Positions 19,248 to 30,622 are shown, counted from the first letter of the stretch. The stretch is DNA of 64,000 nt from Promethearchaeota archaeon (GCA_048939995.1 JBHLOY010000002.1:32001-96000), one strand, 5' to 3'. A program made the numbers and translations. The notes: generated from the letters alone by a model not told the origin.

Positions 19248-20864
19248 TTATTTATCTTTAAGGTTAATAGCGCCTGGTTCTTGTTCTATTGATTTTACTT
19301 TTAAAAATTTATTTGTCTTATTTAATTCATTTTTATATTGAACTTTAAAACTTTCTTTTCTTTCAATAATTTGTACACTTGGTGGGTTTAAATCATCTAA
19401 ATTTTTATTATATTTCCTAACCTTTCTTACCGGAATTGGATATCTCAAGACTTTATAATATGCTATAAAGTAAGACCCTACTAACGATGCTGCGATAATA
19501 CTAATGATAAGTAAGATTCGAAAAACTTCAGGTTCTGAAAGAAAATCTTGAAAATACTCTATGTATGAGATTTCAAGAAAAACATTGTCAATTGAAATAT
19601 TGAGATCATGATCTAAAATGAATTCATCTGCAATATACAATTGAATGGACACACTAATATTTATATAAGGCTGTATAAGCTTTTCAATTTTAAATCCTCC
19701 AATCTTTGCTGTTTGAAAAATGCTAGTTGCTAAAGATAACTTAATAGCATCATCAAAATATTTATTATTTATAAGCATGCGAATTTCTGAATTGGGAGAA
19801 AGTGAGCTGACCCAACTTTCATTAATTTTATAATCAAAATTAAATATGGCATCAATAATTTGTACATTATTACCTTGGATCGAATTTCCAGTTTGAGACC
19901 ATGATACTGAGTTAAACTGATTAATTTTTTTTTCATATGTAAATGTAAGGTTAAAAGAATTTATTATCAAAGACCTCCACCTATCTTGATCCACCCCTAA
20001 TTCATTATCTTCGCAATAAATATCTATACCTAAAGTAATTGTAAAGTTATAATTATCTATTCCTAGAAATGATGTTAAAACACTCATTAAGACACTTTCA
20101 GGCACTATATTCATTGGTGTGTCATAATAAGTAGTTACGGTTGGAGTATCTCTACCTAGATCACTTGTTCTATTATACGCTACTTGAATTGGCTCTAAAT
20201 TTTCTTCTTGACCGGAAATTAGGACATAAAACTCAGCATAATCCCCAGAAGAGTAATCATCTAAGTTAGCATCACCTTCTCTATCTATTCCTCCACCATC
20301 ATGGTCTAAAGCCTGAACAGTAGCATTGAATATGACAGTAAGCGATGCGGAGGTAATTAAATAATCAGACATATTAACAGGCATAGTTATTAATCTTTTC
20401 CATTGCACACTTGGTCTATTTCGAGTTTGATTTATATTTTCATTCCAAAAATGCTGAACATAACCACCGGATTTATTAATAACATAGGTATCTGGTAAAA
20501 TTGGTAATTTTGGATTCTTATATGCTGTCCAATCAGACTCATTAAGCGGGTTATCAATTTTTATTTCACCTTTATCACCGAATACAAAATAATTAGAAAC
20601 ACCATTTTCGATGTTACCATCAAGATCGGTTATATCTCCCTCTTCTGTCTTGCTCCAGAAATCAGTTGAATTAAAATCAGCATTTTTTAGCCATTGAAGG
20701 GGACCATGAAATGTTGTACTAGAAAGATTAATTTTTTCGCTGATTTGTATACCTCTCGAATTTGACTGTTTATTGAAAAAAGGTATTAAAGAATTCACTA
20801 AGAGTAATAAAATAAAAATAAAAAGTATGAGCCTAATCCTTCTTTTAGTGAAAAATTTAGCCAT
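19248..20864 (-). CDS. Membrane-anchored surface protein, paralog (single unit)
   Basis: Same motifs (WLKNADF, NMSDYLITSASL, SPNSEIR, VLRYPIPVRK). Confidence 0.8.
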   Translation of the reverse strand: MAKFFTKRRIRLILFIFILLLLVNSLIPFFNKQSNSRGIQISEKINLSSTTFHGPLQWLKNADFNSTDFWSKTEEGDITDLDGNIENGVSNYFVFGDKGEIKIDNPLNESDWTAYKNPKLPILPDTYVINKSGGYVQHFWNENINQTRNRPSVQWKRLITMPVNMSDYLITSASLTVIFNATVQALDHDGGGIDREGDANLDDYSSGDYAEFYVLISGQEENLEPIQVAYNRTSDLGRDTPTVTTYYDTPMNIVPESVLMSVLTSFLGIDNYNFTITLGIDIYCEDNELGVDQDRWRSLIINSFNLTFTYEKKINQFNSVSWSQTGNSIQGNNVQIIDAIFNFDYKINESWVSSLSPNSEIRMLINNKYFDDAIKLSLATSIFQTAKIGGFKIEKLIQPYINISVSIQLYIADEFILDHDLNISIDNVFLEISYIEYFQDFLSEPEVFRILLIISIIAASLVGSYFIAYYKVLRYPIPVRKVRKYNKNLDDLNPPSVQIIERKESFKVQYKNELNKTNKFLKVKSIEQEPGAINLKDK

Positions 20865-21180
20865 GAAAATTCACACTCAGAAAATTTAATATTTTAAATA
20901 TAAAACTCCATTTGGTTTAAATATTATCAAATAAACTAATTAAGTAATCTATGTATTTAATTTAATTCTCAAAATATTTATTTTGATTATAGGATATAAC
21001 ATATTTTTTTATTATTATAAATTATTTGCAACCTTTTTAGGTAAATCTTGACAAAACAATGAATTTTAAATATTCTTATAGGTTAAATTTAATTTAATAT
21101 ATTACTTAAGAAATTATTATAAGAATTATTAATATAAGAAAAATTTGAAAAAAATTAAAATCTAAGAGTGCGACATCAAG

Positions 21181-22437
21181 ATGATTCAAGGAATATTAAG
21201 TTTTAACTTTTTATTAAATCAAAATGAAACTACTGGCGAAATAGATCCTGAATTCAGTCCTATCCAATTGGTTTTCCAAAATGAACAGTTCAGTGAAAAT
21301 AATTATTCCGAATTGATTATTCAGAATGATATATTTGCTACTTTTTATCAGCACACAACAGGTATCTTTGGTACTAAATATGGTTTCAGTAATTTCTATG
21401 AAGGTAAATTAAAAGAAACACCTTATCAAGTAGTATCCTATTTTAAACAACTTCCAGATGGTACTCAATATCTCACGATTGCATTGTTCGAATTAGATGA
21501 CGAGATTGAACTTTTTGAAGATATTCTCAAAGATATGGCAAAACGTTTAGATATTATCTTTGAAAAATTGAATAAAGCAACTAATACTAGACAGCTTGAC
21601 CTAATCTCAAATGTAAATATTCGATTAATGAATGAATTGAAATATACAATCTTTCAGATCGAGCGTTTAAGTCAATTAGATAGATTACAAAAAGTTGCAC
21701 TAATCTATAATAGCAATGAAAGATTGAAAATTCTAGAAACTCTGAGGGATCGTCCAATATCAAAAGATGAGATGAAAAAAATAGTTGAAAAAATGAAGCC
21801 TACGGCGAATATTGACATTCTCCTACGCCCTTTCCTCGAATTAAATTTAGTCAGGCGTGACTGGATTAAAGGAACAAAAGATAAAAAGACAGGAGTAATT
21901 AAAAATCAAGGTGAATACCTATTTTTAGTAAAAGATATAATGTTTTCACGTATACCTAATGAAAATCTTTTAAAGCATTTTAAAGATACTAACAATGAAT
22001 TATTGGACCCTTATAAGCAAAAGGCAATAGACTATTTCGCAAATTATGATCCATACACTGAACCGGCTGAAGAAACCAAACGGCTAGCATCAATACTCTT
22101 AAATCCCGATATCTATGACTTTTTCATTCTACTCCGTAGTAACCATTACCCACTTGATAAAATTCCTAAAATCTTTAGCGAGTTTGCCGTGACGGAAATA
22201 TTACTAGATAATCTGAAAAAAATTAATGTAATCACTGAAATTAAAGACGAAAATAAGAGAAGCTGGATTTTACTTTTAACAGATATTAAGCCTCTAACCA
22301 TTTTCCCAGAATATTTACTTCCTAAAATTAGAGCTGCCTATAGACAAGAAGATGCAGATGGAAAAATAACCTATGAAGTAGCAAAAAAGGCCTTAGATTT
22401 ATTAGAAGTATCTTACCCTGAAAAAGTTGTATTCTAA
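21181..22437 (+). CDS. Hypothetical protein, possible longin-like N-terminus plus winged-helix domains
   Basis: Long ORF; RLKILETLRDRPISKDE...LLRPFLELNLV resembles a wHTH. Confidence 0.6.
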   Translation: MIQGILSFNFLLNQNETTGEIDPEFSPIQLVFQNEQFSENNYSELIIQNDIFATFYQHTTGIFGTKYGFSNFYEGKLKETPYQVVSYFKQLPDGTQYLTIALFELDDEIELFEDILKDMAKRLDIIFEKLNKATNTRQLDLISNVNIRLMNELKYTIFQIERLSQLDRLQKVALIYNSNERLKILETLRDRPISKDEMKKIVEKMKPTANIDILLRPFLELNLVRRDWIKGTKDKKTGVIKNQGEYLFLVKDIMFSRIPNENLLKHFKDTNNELLDPYKQKAIDYFANYDPYTEPAEETKRLASILLNPDIYDFFILLRSNHYPLDKIPKIFSEFAVTEILLDNLKKINVITEIKDENKRSWILLLTDIKPLTIFPEYLLPKIRAAYRQEDADGKITYEVAKKALDLLEVSYPEKVVF

Positions 22438-22463
22438 ATAAAAAAAAGAGATGATAAGTAAAA

Positions 22464-24644
22464 ATGTATTTATTTAAAGATAAAGATCAAGTTGAGATTC
22501 CTTATTCTTGTAAAGTATGTCTAAAAGAAATTAAATTTAAGGTTACAGTAGATGAGTATAAAGCAGTGACAAAATTCCCTATCAAAAAAGAAAGCTTGCA
22601 TGGTGATCCTCAACATAAGTTAGTCGTCTTTCTAAATCAATACTTAGAAGTAGAAAATTTTGAAATTAAGGATGTTTTGAAGAGAGAAGAAGTATCTTAT
22701 TCTCAAGATCTGATTAGACAGGTGCTAGGTGAACTCGGTTTAAATGATGAAGAAATTGAGTTATATTTCAGAACAACTGGAAGAGAGGCGGTATCTATCG
22801 GCGAAATGGCGCTTTTAATTAATAAACCAAAAGAGTTATGTGAAGGAATTGCAATTAAATTTGTAGAAAAGGGACTATTCAAGGAAATTGTTGGAGCAAA
22901 ACCTCATTACACCGCGTTACCTCCTTATGCAGCCTTAATCGGACAATTGAGAAAGTTCCATAAATATATTTCAGACATCAAGTCTAGCATACCATCTCAA
23001 TTAAATAAATCATTTACAACAATCGAAACCACTCCCAGTAAAGTAGTTCCTGCAAATTCTACAAAGTTGATGAAAGAACTTAAGGATACTATGCTTTCAC
23101 AGATTCGTTCTCAGAAAAAAGAGTTTGATGAGACAATGGCAGTGATGGATCAAATTCGAGGAATAACTGAAGATATCTCAAAACTTGAAGGAGCAACTAC
23201 AACGGCTGCTTCAGATCAGTTAGGAGACGTCTCGACAAAGTTTGAAGAGATTAATAAGAAAACCAACCAAATCATCAAAGGGCAATTGTCAGATTTAAAA
23301 AATGAGTTTGATAACATTAAATCGACTGTCTCTTCGAATATACAAAAACTAAGATTGGGTGTAATCCAACAAACCATTGATCAAGTTCTAGAAAAAATAA
23401 TAGATTCTAGATTAAAAGAAATTACTGATGCTGTAAATGTACAGCTAAGTGTAAGCCAGATGGCTTTTTCAGATGAATTAAAAAAGGTTTCAACTGGTAT
23501 CGATCCCGAAATTATCAATAAATTAAAAGATTCATTGCAGAGTACGATAAAAAATATTGATGGGCTCGCATCAAAAGTAGAAGAGGACAAAGAAAAAATT
23601 TATTCAGATATAGCTGAAAATTTCAACAAGGCAGTACAAGCAGCTGAAGAAAAAATAGAAGGAATTTCAGGGGGCGTTTTAGAATCTTTCGGTGATATGA
23701 GAGATGTATTTTCCAATCAGATTGTCTCCACATTAAACAGTACTTTAGATGACATATTACAGAGATTAGAAGTATCTGAACGTGTGACAAGCGAATTCTG
23801 GGAACAGGCAAAAAAAGGGACTGGTTTCACAATGAAAGATATTTGGTTTATAAGATCGCCTGAAAGTGCTAAATCTCATATTAATGATGAAATTTCAAAA
23901 GCAAAAATGCGAGTGTTAATAGTAGCACCACAATTGGATGATATTGACGTAGAGGCAATTAAAAATCGTCCTTCACACATTAATTTTAGAATAGCCACAA
24001 GTATTGACTTATCGAATCCCACTCATAATTCTATTATTGATCAATTTGATAAAATGGATAATGTTGACTATAGACATAGGGCACTGCAAAATCTTTGGGG
24101 CATAAATAAAGACTATGAGGAAGTTGTAGTGTGTGTGCTTAATAAAACAGAGATAAGGGGAGAAACTGTCATAGAAATCGCAGGAATAGGAAGTATTATT
24201 GAAGAACACATTAAAATATTCGTCCCAATACTTGAAGATGCTTGGATGTCATCAAGGAAAGAAATTGTTCATGCTGTGAAGAAAGAAATTTTAGAAAAAC
24301 CATCTGTTCCTCCTAAAGCTGAGAAAGTTGAACCAATAGTGCAAAAACCAAAAATCCTAGAAGAACCTCAAAAAGAAGTTCCAATTACAGGAGCAAAATC
24401 ACTATTATCAAAACAATTCGACCTAATTAGGGATGGCCTTGAAACCATGACGGGTTTGGAGCTCTCTAAAGCTTTAGAAAAATTCCAAACAGAATACATA
24501 AATAAAGAAGGGTATAATAGTGTGTTGAAGAACATTAACAATACAAGCAATGATATTCGTGGAAAAACATATGTCTTAAGCCAGTCTGAAAAAGATGATT
24601 TGAAAATGAAAATGCAATTTTGGAAGCAAAAATTAAACCTATAA
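22464..24644 (+). CDS. TrmB-like protein: wHTH, long helical/coiled-coil insert, PLD-like effector domain
   Basis: LGLNDEEIELY...GLF.E..G.KP.Y.ALPP (TrmB HTH-like); I.KAK.RVLIVAP (TrmB C-terminal domain-like). Confidence 0.6.
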   Translation: MYLFKDKDQVEIPYSCKVCLKEIKFKVTVDEYKAVTKFPIKKESLHGDPQHKLVVFLNQYLEVENFEIKDVLKREEVSYSQDLIRQVLGELGLNDEEIELYFRTTGREAVSIGEMALLINKPKELCEGIAIKFVEKGLFKEIVGAKPHYTALPPYAALIGQLRKFHKYISDIKSSIPSQLNKSFTTIETTPSKVVPANSTKLMKELKDTMLSQIRSQKKEFDETMAVMDQIRGITEDISKLEGATTTAASDQLGDVSTKFEEINKKTNQIIKGQLSDLKNEFDNIKSTVSSNIQKLRLGVIQQTIDQVLEKIIDSRLKEITDAVNVQLSVSQMAFSDELKKVSTGIDPEIINKLKDSLQSTIKNIDGLASKVEEDKEKIYSDIAENFNKAVQAAEEKIEGISGGVLESFGDMRDVFSNQIVSTLNSTLDDILQRLEVSERVTSEFWEQAKKGTGFTMKDIWFIRSPESAKSHINDEISKAKMRVLIVAPQLDDIDVEAIKNRPSHINFRIATSIDLSNPTHNSIIDQFDKMDNVDYRHRALQNLWGINKDYEEVVVCVLNKTEIRGETVIEIAGIGSIIEEHIKIFVPILEDAWMSSRKEIVHAVKKEILEKPSVPPKAEKVEPIVQKPKILEEPQKEVPITGAKSLLSKQFDLIRDGLETMTGLELSKALEKFQTEYINKEGYNSVLKNINNTSNDIRGKTYVLSQSEKDDLKMKMQFWKQKLNL

Positions 24645-24731
24645 AAACTTTATTTTTTAAAAGTCAAAATTTATTCTTTTAAATTGGTATGAAATAAGAT
24701 AATTCAAATTTGATATTTTATTTTCTTTTTT

Positions 24732-25763
24732 ATGGAACAAGATTTAATTACGGTTAATTCTGGGAAAATAAATGGATACCTTCATCATATTGACCTAAGA
24801 TCATATGGGAAACCAAAAATGTTATCCGCTTATATTGCGGAATTTGATAATGATAATATTCTCTTAGATTGTGGAAGTTCAATCGACGCTAAAAAACTTA
24901 TAACTTATATAAAAAAGAATGAAATCCCTCCCAGTTCTTTCAAGTATCTTATAACATCGCATCATCATTTCGATCATGCAGGAGGCATGTATTTAGTTTA
25001 CAATTTCTTGAAGAAGCATAATCCGGAGGTTAAAGTCTTAACTAATCAGAAAACAATGAAATTACTTAATGATTACCCACATCATCTTAATCGTGCGAGA
25101 AGGACGTATGGTGATTTTGTTGGAAAAATGGAAAAAATTGAAGAATCTGCTTTTGAAATTATAAAACCTAGCATAAATTTCGATAATAACACAGATAAGC
25201 TTGAAATTATTGATAATTTCTATGTAAATGGAGATAAAATCAAATTAGGTATACTCAAAACATCGGGCCATGCACCAGATCATCAATCTGCTTTTTTTCT
25301 AAAGAATAATGAAATAGATTTCATCTTTTTTGGCGAAGCGGTAGGTACTATTTATCATTCATCAAAATTATGTACAATGCCTGTCTCAATGCCCATATAT
25401 TACAATCATAGAGAATACATGAAAACACTTGAAAATTTAAAGAAATTAAACCCAAAAAGAGCGGGTTTTGGACATTTTGGTATTGTAAATGGTCAAAAAA
25501 ATGTTCAGAAAATACTGTTGGAACATGAAACATTTATGAATTTATTCGAAACAAAAATAAGAGAGTATTATGAGCAAAAAGATGAAACACGTTATATTGT
25601 AAATAAAATTGTGCCATTATTTTCCTCAAGAACTGATTTAAATCTAGAAAAGGATTCTGTTTTTACAGGAATGGCTCTTGCACTTGTTTATGGAATGATG
25701 ATATCATTAGGATATCGTCCAATCCCAGAAGAAGATTTTAGATTTTATAAACTATATTCTTAA
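24732..25763 (+). CDS. Metallo-beta-lactamase fold hydrolase
   Basis: SHHHFDHAGG, GHAPDH, GHFG. Confidence 0.88.
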   Translation: MEQDLITVNSGKINGYLHHIDLRSYGKPKMLSAYIAEFDNDNILLDCGSSIDAKKLITYIKKNEIPPSSFKYLITSHHHFDHAGGMYLVYNFLKKHNPEVKVLTNQKTMKLLNDYPHHLNRARRTYGDFVGKMEKIEESAFEIIKPSINFDNNTDKLEIIDNFYVNGDKIKLGILKTSGHAPDHQSAFFLKNNEIDFIFFGEAVGTIYHSSKLCTMPVSMPIYYNHREYMKTLENLKKLNPKRAGFGHFGIVNGQKNVQKILLEHETFMNLFETKIREYYEQKDETRYIVNKIVPLFSSRTDLNLEKDSVFTGMALALVYGMMISLGYRPIPEEDFRFYKLYS

Positions 25764-25788
25764 ATTCTTATCATAAAATTCTAATTTC

Positions 25789-27012
25789 TTGCTGATATAC
25801 TATTTGTTAATGAATAACAAATTTGAAGATTTTGATGTCTGTATTGTAGGTGGGAGTATTGCTGGTAATTATTTGTGTTATTTGTTAGCTAAAACGGCTT
25901 TAAGAATTTCTGTTATTGAGGAACATTCAGATATTGGATTGCCTTTTCAATGTGCTGGAATAGTGTCTCAAAAATTAGCAAAGCTTATTGAATTACCGAA
26001 AGAAATAATATTAAATCGCGTTACAAATGCAAAATTAGTAGCTCCGCAAGGGAAATATATCAAACTCTCGGGCAAAGAGCAACCTTTTATTATAGATCGT
26101 GTGGCTTTAGACCGATTATTTTATAATAAGATCAAAAATAAATCTAATATTACGTACTTTTTAGGAGAAAAATACAAATGCTTCGAATATAGAAAAGAGC
26201 AAGGTATTAACATTGTTTTAATCACTACTAATAAGCGGATAATTAAAACTAGAATGTTGATAGGATGTGATGGTCCATTAACTCGCATAGGAAGGCAATT
26301 GGATGTCAAAAAAAAATTATTATTTGCTACTCAAATCCGTGTCAATGGAAATTTTAATGAGAAAGATGCAGTTATGTATTTTAGTCCAAAGTGGAGAGAG
26401 CTTTTTGGATGGATTGTCCCTGAAGGAAGTAATATATATCGAATAGGACTTGCCACTTCTTCAAATTTAAAAGTAAAATTTATGAACTTTTTAGAGCAAT
26501 TAGGTATAGAATATGAGCATAAAATTGATCAACAAGGCGGAATCATCCCATTTGGCCTAAATAGAAAATTATCCTTCAATAATGTTTTATTACTTGGAGA
26601 TGCAGCGGGACAGGTTAAAGCAACTACAGGAGGAGGGATAATTATGCTTTTAAAAGCCGCAAAAATCGCATCTAACTGCATTAGATTATGCTTTAAACAA
26701 AATAAATTTTCAAAAAGATTTATTAAGAAATATTATGAGCTACCTTGTAAAACTTCAATAGGTAAAGAATTAAAAATTCATTATCTAATTCGTATTATTT
26801 TGATGAAATTTACTAATAGAGATTTCGAAGTCTTTTTCAAGATAATTAAACAGCATCATATAGAACATATAATTTCATTGTATGGAGATATGGATTTCCC
26901 AAAAAGTTTGGTTTTCAAGTTGCTTAGAAATCCAATTATCCTACGATTTTTATTTCAATTTTTAATTAGGAACCTTTTAATCATTTTATTTTCTCTTAAA
27001 TTACTAATGTGA
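25789..27012 (+). CDS. Geranylgeranyl reductase family FAD oxidoreductase
   Basis: G.P.QCAG, DR..LD, IGCDG, FGWIVP, GDAAGQVKATTGGGI; likely start ATG 25810. Confidence 0.88.
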   Translation: MLIYYLLMNNKFEDFDVCIVGGSIAGNYLCYLLAKTALRISVIEEHSDIGLPFQCAGIVSQKLAKLIELPKEIILNRVTNAKLVAPQGKYIKLSGKEQPFIIDRVALDRLFYNKIKNKSNITYFLGEKYKCFEYRKEQGINIVLITTNKRIIKTRMLIGCDGPLTRIGRQLDVKKKLLFATQIRVNGNFNEKDAVMYFSPKWRELFGWIVPEGSNIYRIGLATSSNLKVKFMNFLEQLGIEYEHKIDQQGGIIPFGLNRKLSFNNVLLLGDAAGQVKATTGGGIIMLLKAAKIASNCIRLCFKQNKFSKRFIKKYYELPCKTSIGKELKIHYLIRIILMKFTNRDFEVFFKIIKQHHIEHIISLYGDMDFPKSLVFKLLRNPIILRFLFQFLIRNLLIILFSLKLLM

Positions 27013-27132
27013 TAATCTCTTAAGCTTTCCTTATTCTAATTATAAAAACGTAAATCTTTTATTAAACAAACTAAAGTATATACTAAAAAGATTTAACTAT
27101 TCTTTTCACTTTTTTTACAACTGTGTGAAATT

Positions 27133-28314
27133 ATGGACTGTAGAGAAAGAGTTCTCACGACTTTAAATTTAGAAGAACCAGATAGAGTGCCGTGTCATAC
27201 AATCTTAATTGATGCTAATAATGTTGATAAAATACTTGGTAAACCTCAAATTGATGATTTTGAAACTCTCGAGAAAGTAAAACAAAACAATCCTAATGGT
27301 TGGATTGAAGAGATGACTAACTTAATTGAAGGAATTGAAATCTCTGTTTTTTCTCGATGTGTAGAAGCTGCTGCTGCCATTGGTTTAGATGTTATGCAAG
27401 TAGGAATTATCCCTTTTTATGCTCTCGACGAACAAAAAAACGATAAATTTCTATTAGGAGATGTCTTTGGAAGGGTATGGGAAGTATTAAATAATGAGGG
27501 AAATTTTAATCCCTATTACACATATGGCACTGTTAATAGCAAAGAAAAATGGAAACTTGTCAAGGATAATTTAGAAGGACTTGCTCTTGATAAATATAAA
27601 AAAATAGCTAAAAAATTCTTCAAACGGATTAATAAAAAACATAGAGATAAAATTTTCGTAATAGTTACCAATGATTACCTTGGAACATTCGAATCAGCTT
27701 CACAAGGATTAGGATGGCCATTCTACGCTAGAATGGTAGGAAAAGATCCGCGATTCATTCAAGAAGTACATTCTACTATTGCTCAATTCACAGCAGAACT
27801 ATATAAGAGTTATATGGAAGCTGGTGCAGAAGTATTTGTTGAATCGGGAGATCTAGCATACAAAACGGGTCCAATGATGAGTCCGAAAAAGTTCACAGAA
27901 TTACTTTTACCTGCATACAAAATCATAACTGATGCTGTTCATGAAAGAGGTGGAAAAATAGTCCTCCACACTGATGGACACATAACTCCATTATTAGACT
28001 TTATTGTGAATTGTGGATTTGATGGGCTTCATTCTCTTGAACCCACAGCAAGAGTTGATTTAGCTCTAGTGAAGAAAAAAGTGGGTGATAAATTATGTCT
28101 TATGGGTAATATTGATATTGCTCATATCTTAACATATGGAAGTAAAGAAGAAGTTTTCAATGCTGTTAAATCTGCAATAAAAACAGCTGGTCAGGGTGGA
28201 GGTTTTATTGTAAGTGCGGCAAATATGCATCCAGGAGTAAATGTTCAAAATTTACGTTGGATGGTTGAAGCAACGAAGGAATTTGGTGAATACCCTCTTT
28301 CATTAATAGAATAG
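27133..28314 (+). CDS. Uroporphyrinogen decarboxylase/MtaA-CmuA family protein
   Basis: PDRVP, DLAYKTGPMMSP, HTDG, LMGNID, GGGFIVS. Confidence 0.85.
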   Translation: MDCRERVLTTLNLEEPDRVPCHTILIDANNVDKILGKPQIDDFETLEKVKQNNPNGWIEEMTNLIEGIEISVFSRCVEAAAAIGLDVMQVGIIPFYALDEQKNDKFLLGDVFGRVWEVLNNEGNFNPYYTYGTVNSKEKWKLVKDNLEGLALDKYKKIAKKFFKRINKKHRDKIFVIVTNDYLGTFESASQGLGWPFYARMVGKDPRFIQEVHSTIAQFTAELYKSYMEAGAEVFVESGDLAYKTGPMMSPKKFTELLLPAYKIITDAVHERGGKIVLHTDGHITPLLDFIVNCGFDGLHSLEPTARVDLALVKKKVGDKLCLMGNIDIAHILTYGSKEEVFNAVKSAIKTAGQGGGFIVSAANMHPGVNVQNLRWMVEATKEFGEYPLSLIE

Positions 28315-28335
28315 ATACTTAGAAATATAATATTT

Positions 28336-28716
28336 CTATAAAGGAGAAACCATTGAGAAAAAGGCGATTTCTTGGAAGATTATATACCAGATCACCATAA
28401 AAGCAATTATTATTATTGATGATATAAGTCCAAAGCCTTTTACTCCCCTAGGAATTCCTAAATCTTCACTCTTTCTTTGAACAATTGCCCTAATCATTGC
28501 CACGAGATAAATTAACGTAACTACTAACGATATTATCCATAAAAATAACAAAAACAATGGAATTGTGTAAACTGGTGTTCCAGATGGTGTTCCATCCAGC
28601 GTGAATGAATTTAACCATTGCCAGTATTCAACCATCAAATATGTAGGTATTGAGCCATAAATCCCGGCAGTTAACAGAAATATGAAACTCCAAAGGAACC
28701 CTTTAGCTGAGGACAT
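28336..28716 (-). CDS. Hypothetical membrane protein (3 TM)
   Basis: ATG start, three hydrophobic segments. Confidence 0.7.
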   Translation of the reverse strand: MSSAKGFLWSFIFLLTAGIYGSIPTYLMVEYWQWLNSFTLDGTPSGTPVYTIPLFLLFLWIISLVVTLIYLVAMIRAIVQRKSEDLGIPRGVKGFGLISSIIIIAFMVIWYIIFQEIAFFSMVSPL

Positions 28717-28838
28717 AATATATAACTTGAATTTATCTATATTTTATTTAATATATTCACCATTATATATAAGATTTTAATCTCTAATTTTTATTAAATT
28801 TTAAAGACTAAAATAAAAAAAAAATATTTTGATAGGTT

Positions 28839-30533
28839 TTACAGGAAAAACGTTAAGCCTACAAAAGAAGGAGAAATTGTCACAATTATAAATGTCACCA
28901 AGAATGCATTAATTACTGCCCCTGCAATAATATTACCTGACTCCTTATATGCTTTTATTGATGTAGATGAATTCACCATAAACAGTACTAAAGCTATTGG
29001 AAAGAAAGTTCCCAGAAAAAAGAAGCTTCGCGTAATAAGTCCCAAGATTAAAAGATAAGTAAAATAGTAAAAAGAAGGTAATACCAGCCCTATAAAGAAT
29101 ACCTTTAAAGTATCAGTTAATGACTCTTTATATTTATTTTGAATTATAACTTGCATTAGAAGAGAATATATAATGTTTATAAAAAGCATAATAATGAAGT
29201 AAATTGGTAATGTCCAAATCTTATTTATTGAAGGAAGTAACGCAAAATAGTTCAGTCCTACAGATAGGTATGATATAATATAGAATATAGCTGCTAAAAC
29301 AGTGCCAAGTGCTAAATGTCTTAAAAACTTCTTTGTTCCCATGAAAATCTTTCTCAACATTGTGATTAAAGAGACATGCACTTTTTTTCCTATTCTCCAT
29401 AACAGAATAATAAATCCAAATGATTGACCGAATAGTAATGCTAATGCAAATCCTGCTACTACTAATGGTAATATTATCAAAATTGGGATAAAAATTATAA
29501 CTCCTGGAATACCTAGCAATAAAGAATAAATAAAAGCTTTAATTGATACCTCTTTAATTGAAAGATTTGTTGAGTCAATTTTAAAAAATTCTAAATCAAC
29601 CTCTCTTTTTCTCTCCTCTTTTGGCTGAATTATTAATTTTGAAACTGGTTCATTTATTAGAAAGAAGAGTCCTATCCCTCCAACAACTTGTATCAGTAAT
29701 ATAATTGCTCTTAAATTAGTATAAAAGTTTTCATCAATCACATCAATATCAAACGAATTTATAGCCCAATCTCTGGCTTCTCGTATGAAGTCATCATCCC
29801 ATGCAAGTTTCAGATGGTTACTATCATCATCTAAGTAAATCATTGAAGCATTGCCATATTCAAATGAACCATATATCTTATTCGTATCGATATCTGCAGC
29901 GGGAATACTTAATCGAGTTTCCATATTTTCTTTTAGCTCACATAAATCGATGGCCTCATCGAATAGCGCTTGAATCATAAGGATATTCAATGGATTAGTT
30001 GAATTACCTAATCTCATTTCCGTGCTATTATATAACCATGTCCCAATCCCAACAAAACATATAAATGACGTGTCATTATGAATTACACTTTGACCTAATC
30101 CTCCCATACTATAACCAATATATCCGAGTGAATTCATATCAATATCTCCTCGAGAATTTAAGTATTCTTTAATGGCTATAATGTCTTTAAACATTGCATC
30201 ATTACTTCCAGACGAACTCTGACCATGGCCTCTAAAGTCAAATGGAACTGAGACAAATCCTGCTGCTGCTAACTCTATTGCATACCCTTTTAATATCTCT
30301 TTATTAGCCATGATACCATGACCTATTATAAAAGCTGGCTTGTTCAATCCACCATTTTGAGGTTCGAAAACATTGAAAGAGATCGTTACGTCATCATCAG
30401 TGGTAGTGGTAAGGCCATAAGTACTTTTAACGCTTAATGGAGTTATAAAGATAAAAATAGTGCTGATTACAAAAATTCCAAGAAAGGTGCTAATTAAAAT
30501 TATTTTCTTTTTTGAAAGATTAAGTTGATTCAT
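28839..30533 (-). CDS. Alpha/beta hydrolase with multi-pass C-terminal membrane domain
   Basis: HG, DFRGHGQS, GYSMGG nucleophile elbow; many TM helices. Confidence 0.85.
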   Translation of the reverse strand: MNQLNLSKKKIILISTFLGIFVISTIFIFITPLSVKSTYGLTTTTDDDVTISFNVFEPQNGGLNKPAFIIGHGIMANKEILKGYAIELAAAGFVSVPFDFRGHGQSSSGSNDAMFKDIIAIKEYLNSRGDIDMNSLGYIGYSMGGLGQSVIHNDTSFICFVGIGTWLYNSTEMRLGNSTNPLNILMIQALFDEAIDLCELKENMETRLSIPAADIDTNKIYGSFEYGNASMIYLDDDSNHLKLAWDDDFIREARDWAINSFDIDVIDENFYTNLRAIILLIQVVGGIGLFFLINEPVSKLIIQPKEERKREVDLEFFKIDSTNLSIKEVSIKAFIYSLLLGIPGVIIFIPILIILPLVVAGFALALLFGQSFGFIILLWRIGKKVHVSLITMLRKIFMGTKKFLRHLALGTVLAAIFYIISYLSVGLNYFALLPSINKIWTLPIYFIIMLFINIIYSLLMQVIIQNKYKESLTDTLKVFFIGLVLPSFYYFTYLLILGLITRSFFFLGTFFPIALVLFMVNSSTSIKAYKESGNIIAGAVINAFLVTFIIVTISPSFVGLTFFL

Positions 30534-30622
30534 AATTACTATTTCAACCTAATTCTATTTAAAAAAATGTTAAAATATGTTTATTTAAAAGAAGGAGATA
30601 AAAATAAAAATTAAAAAGAAGA

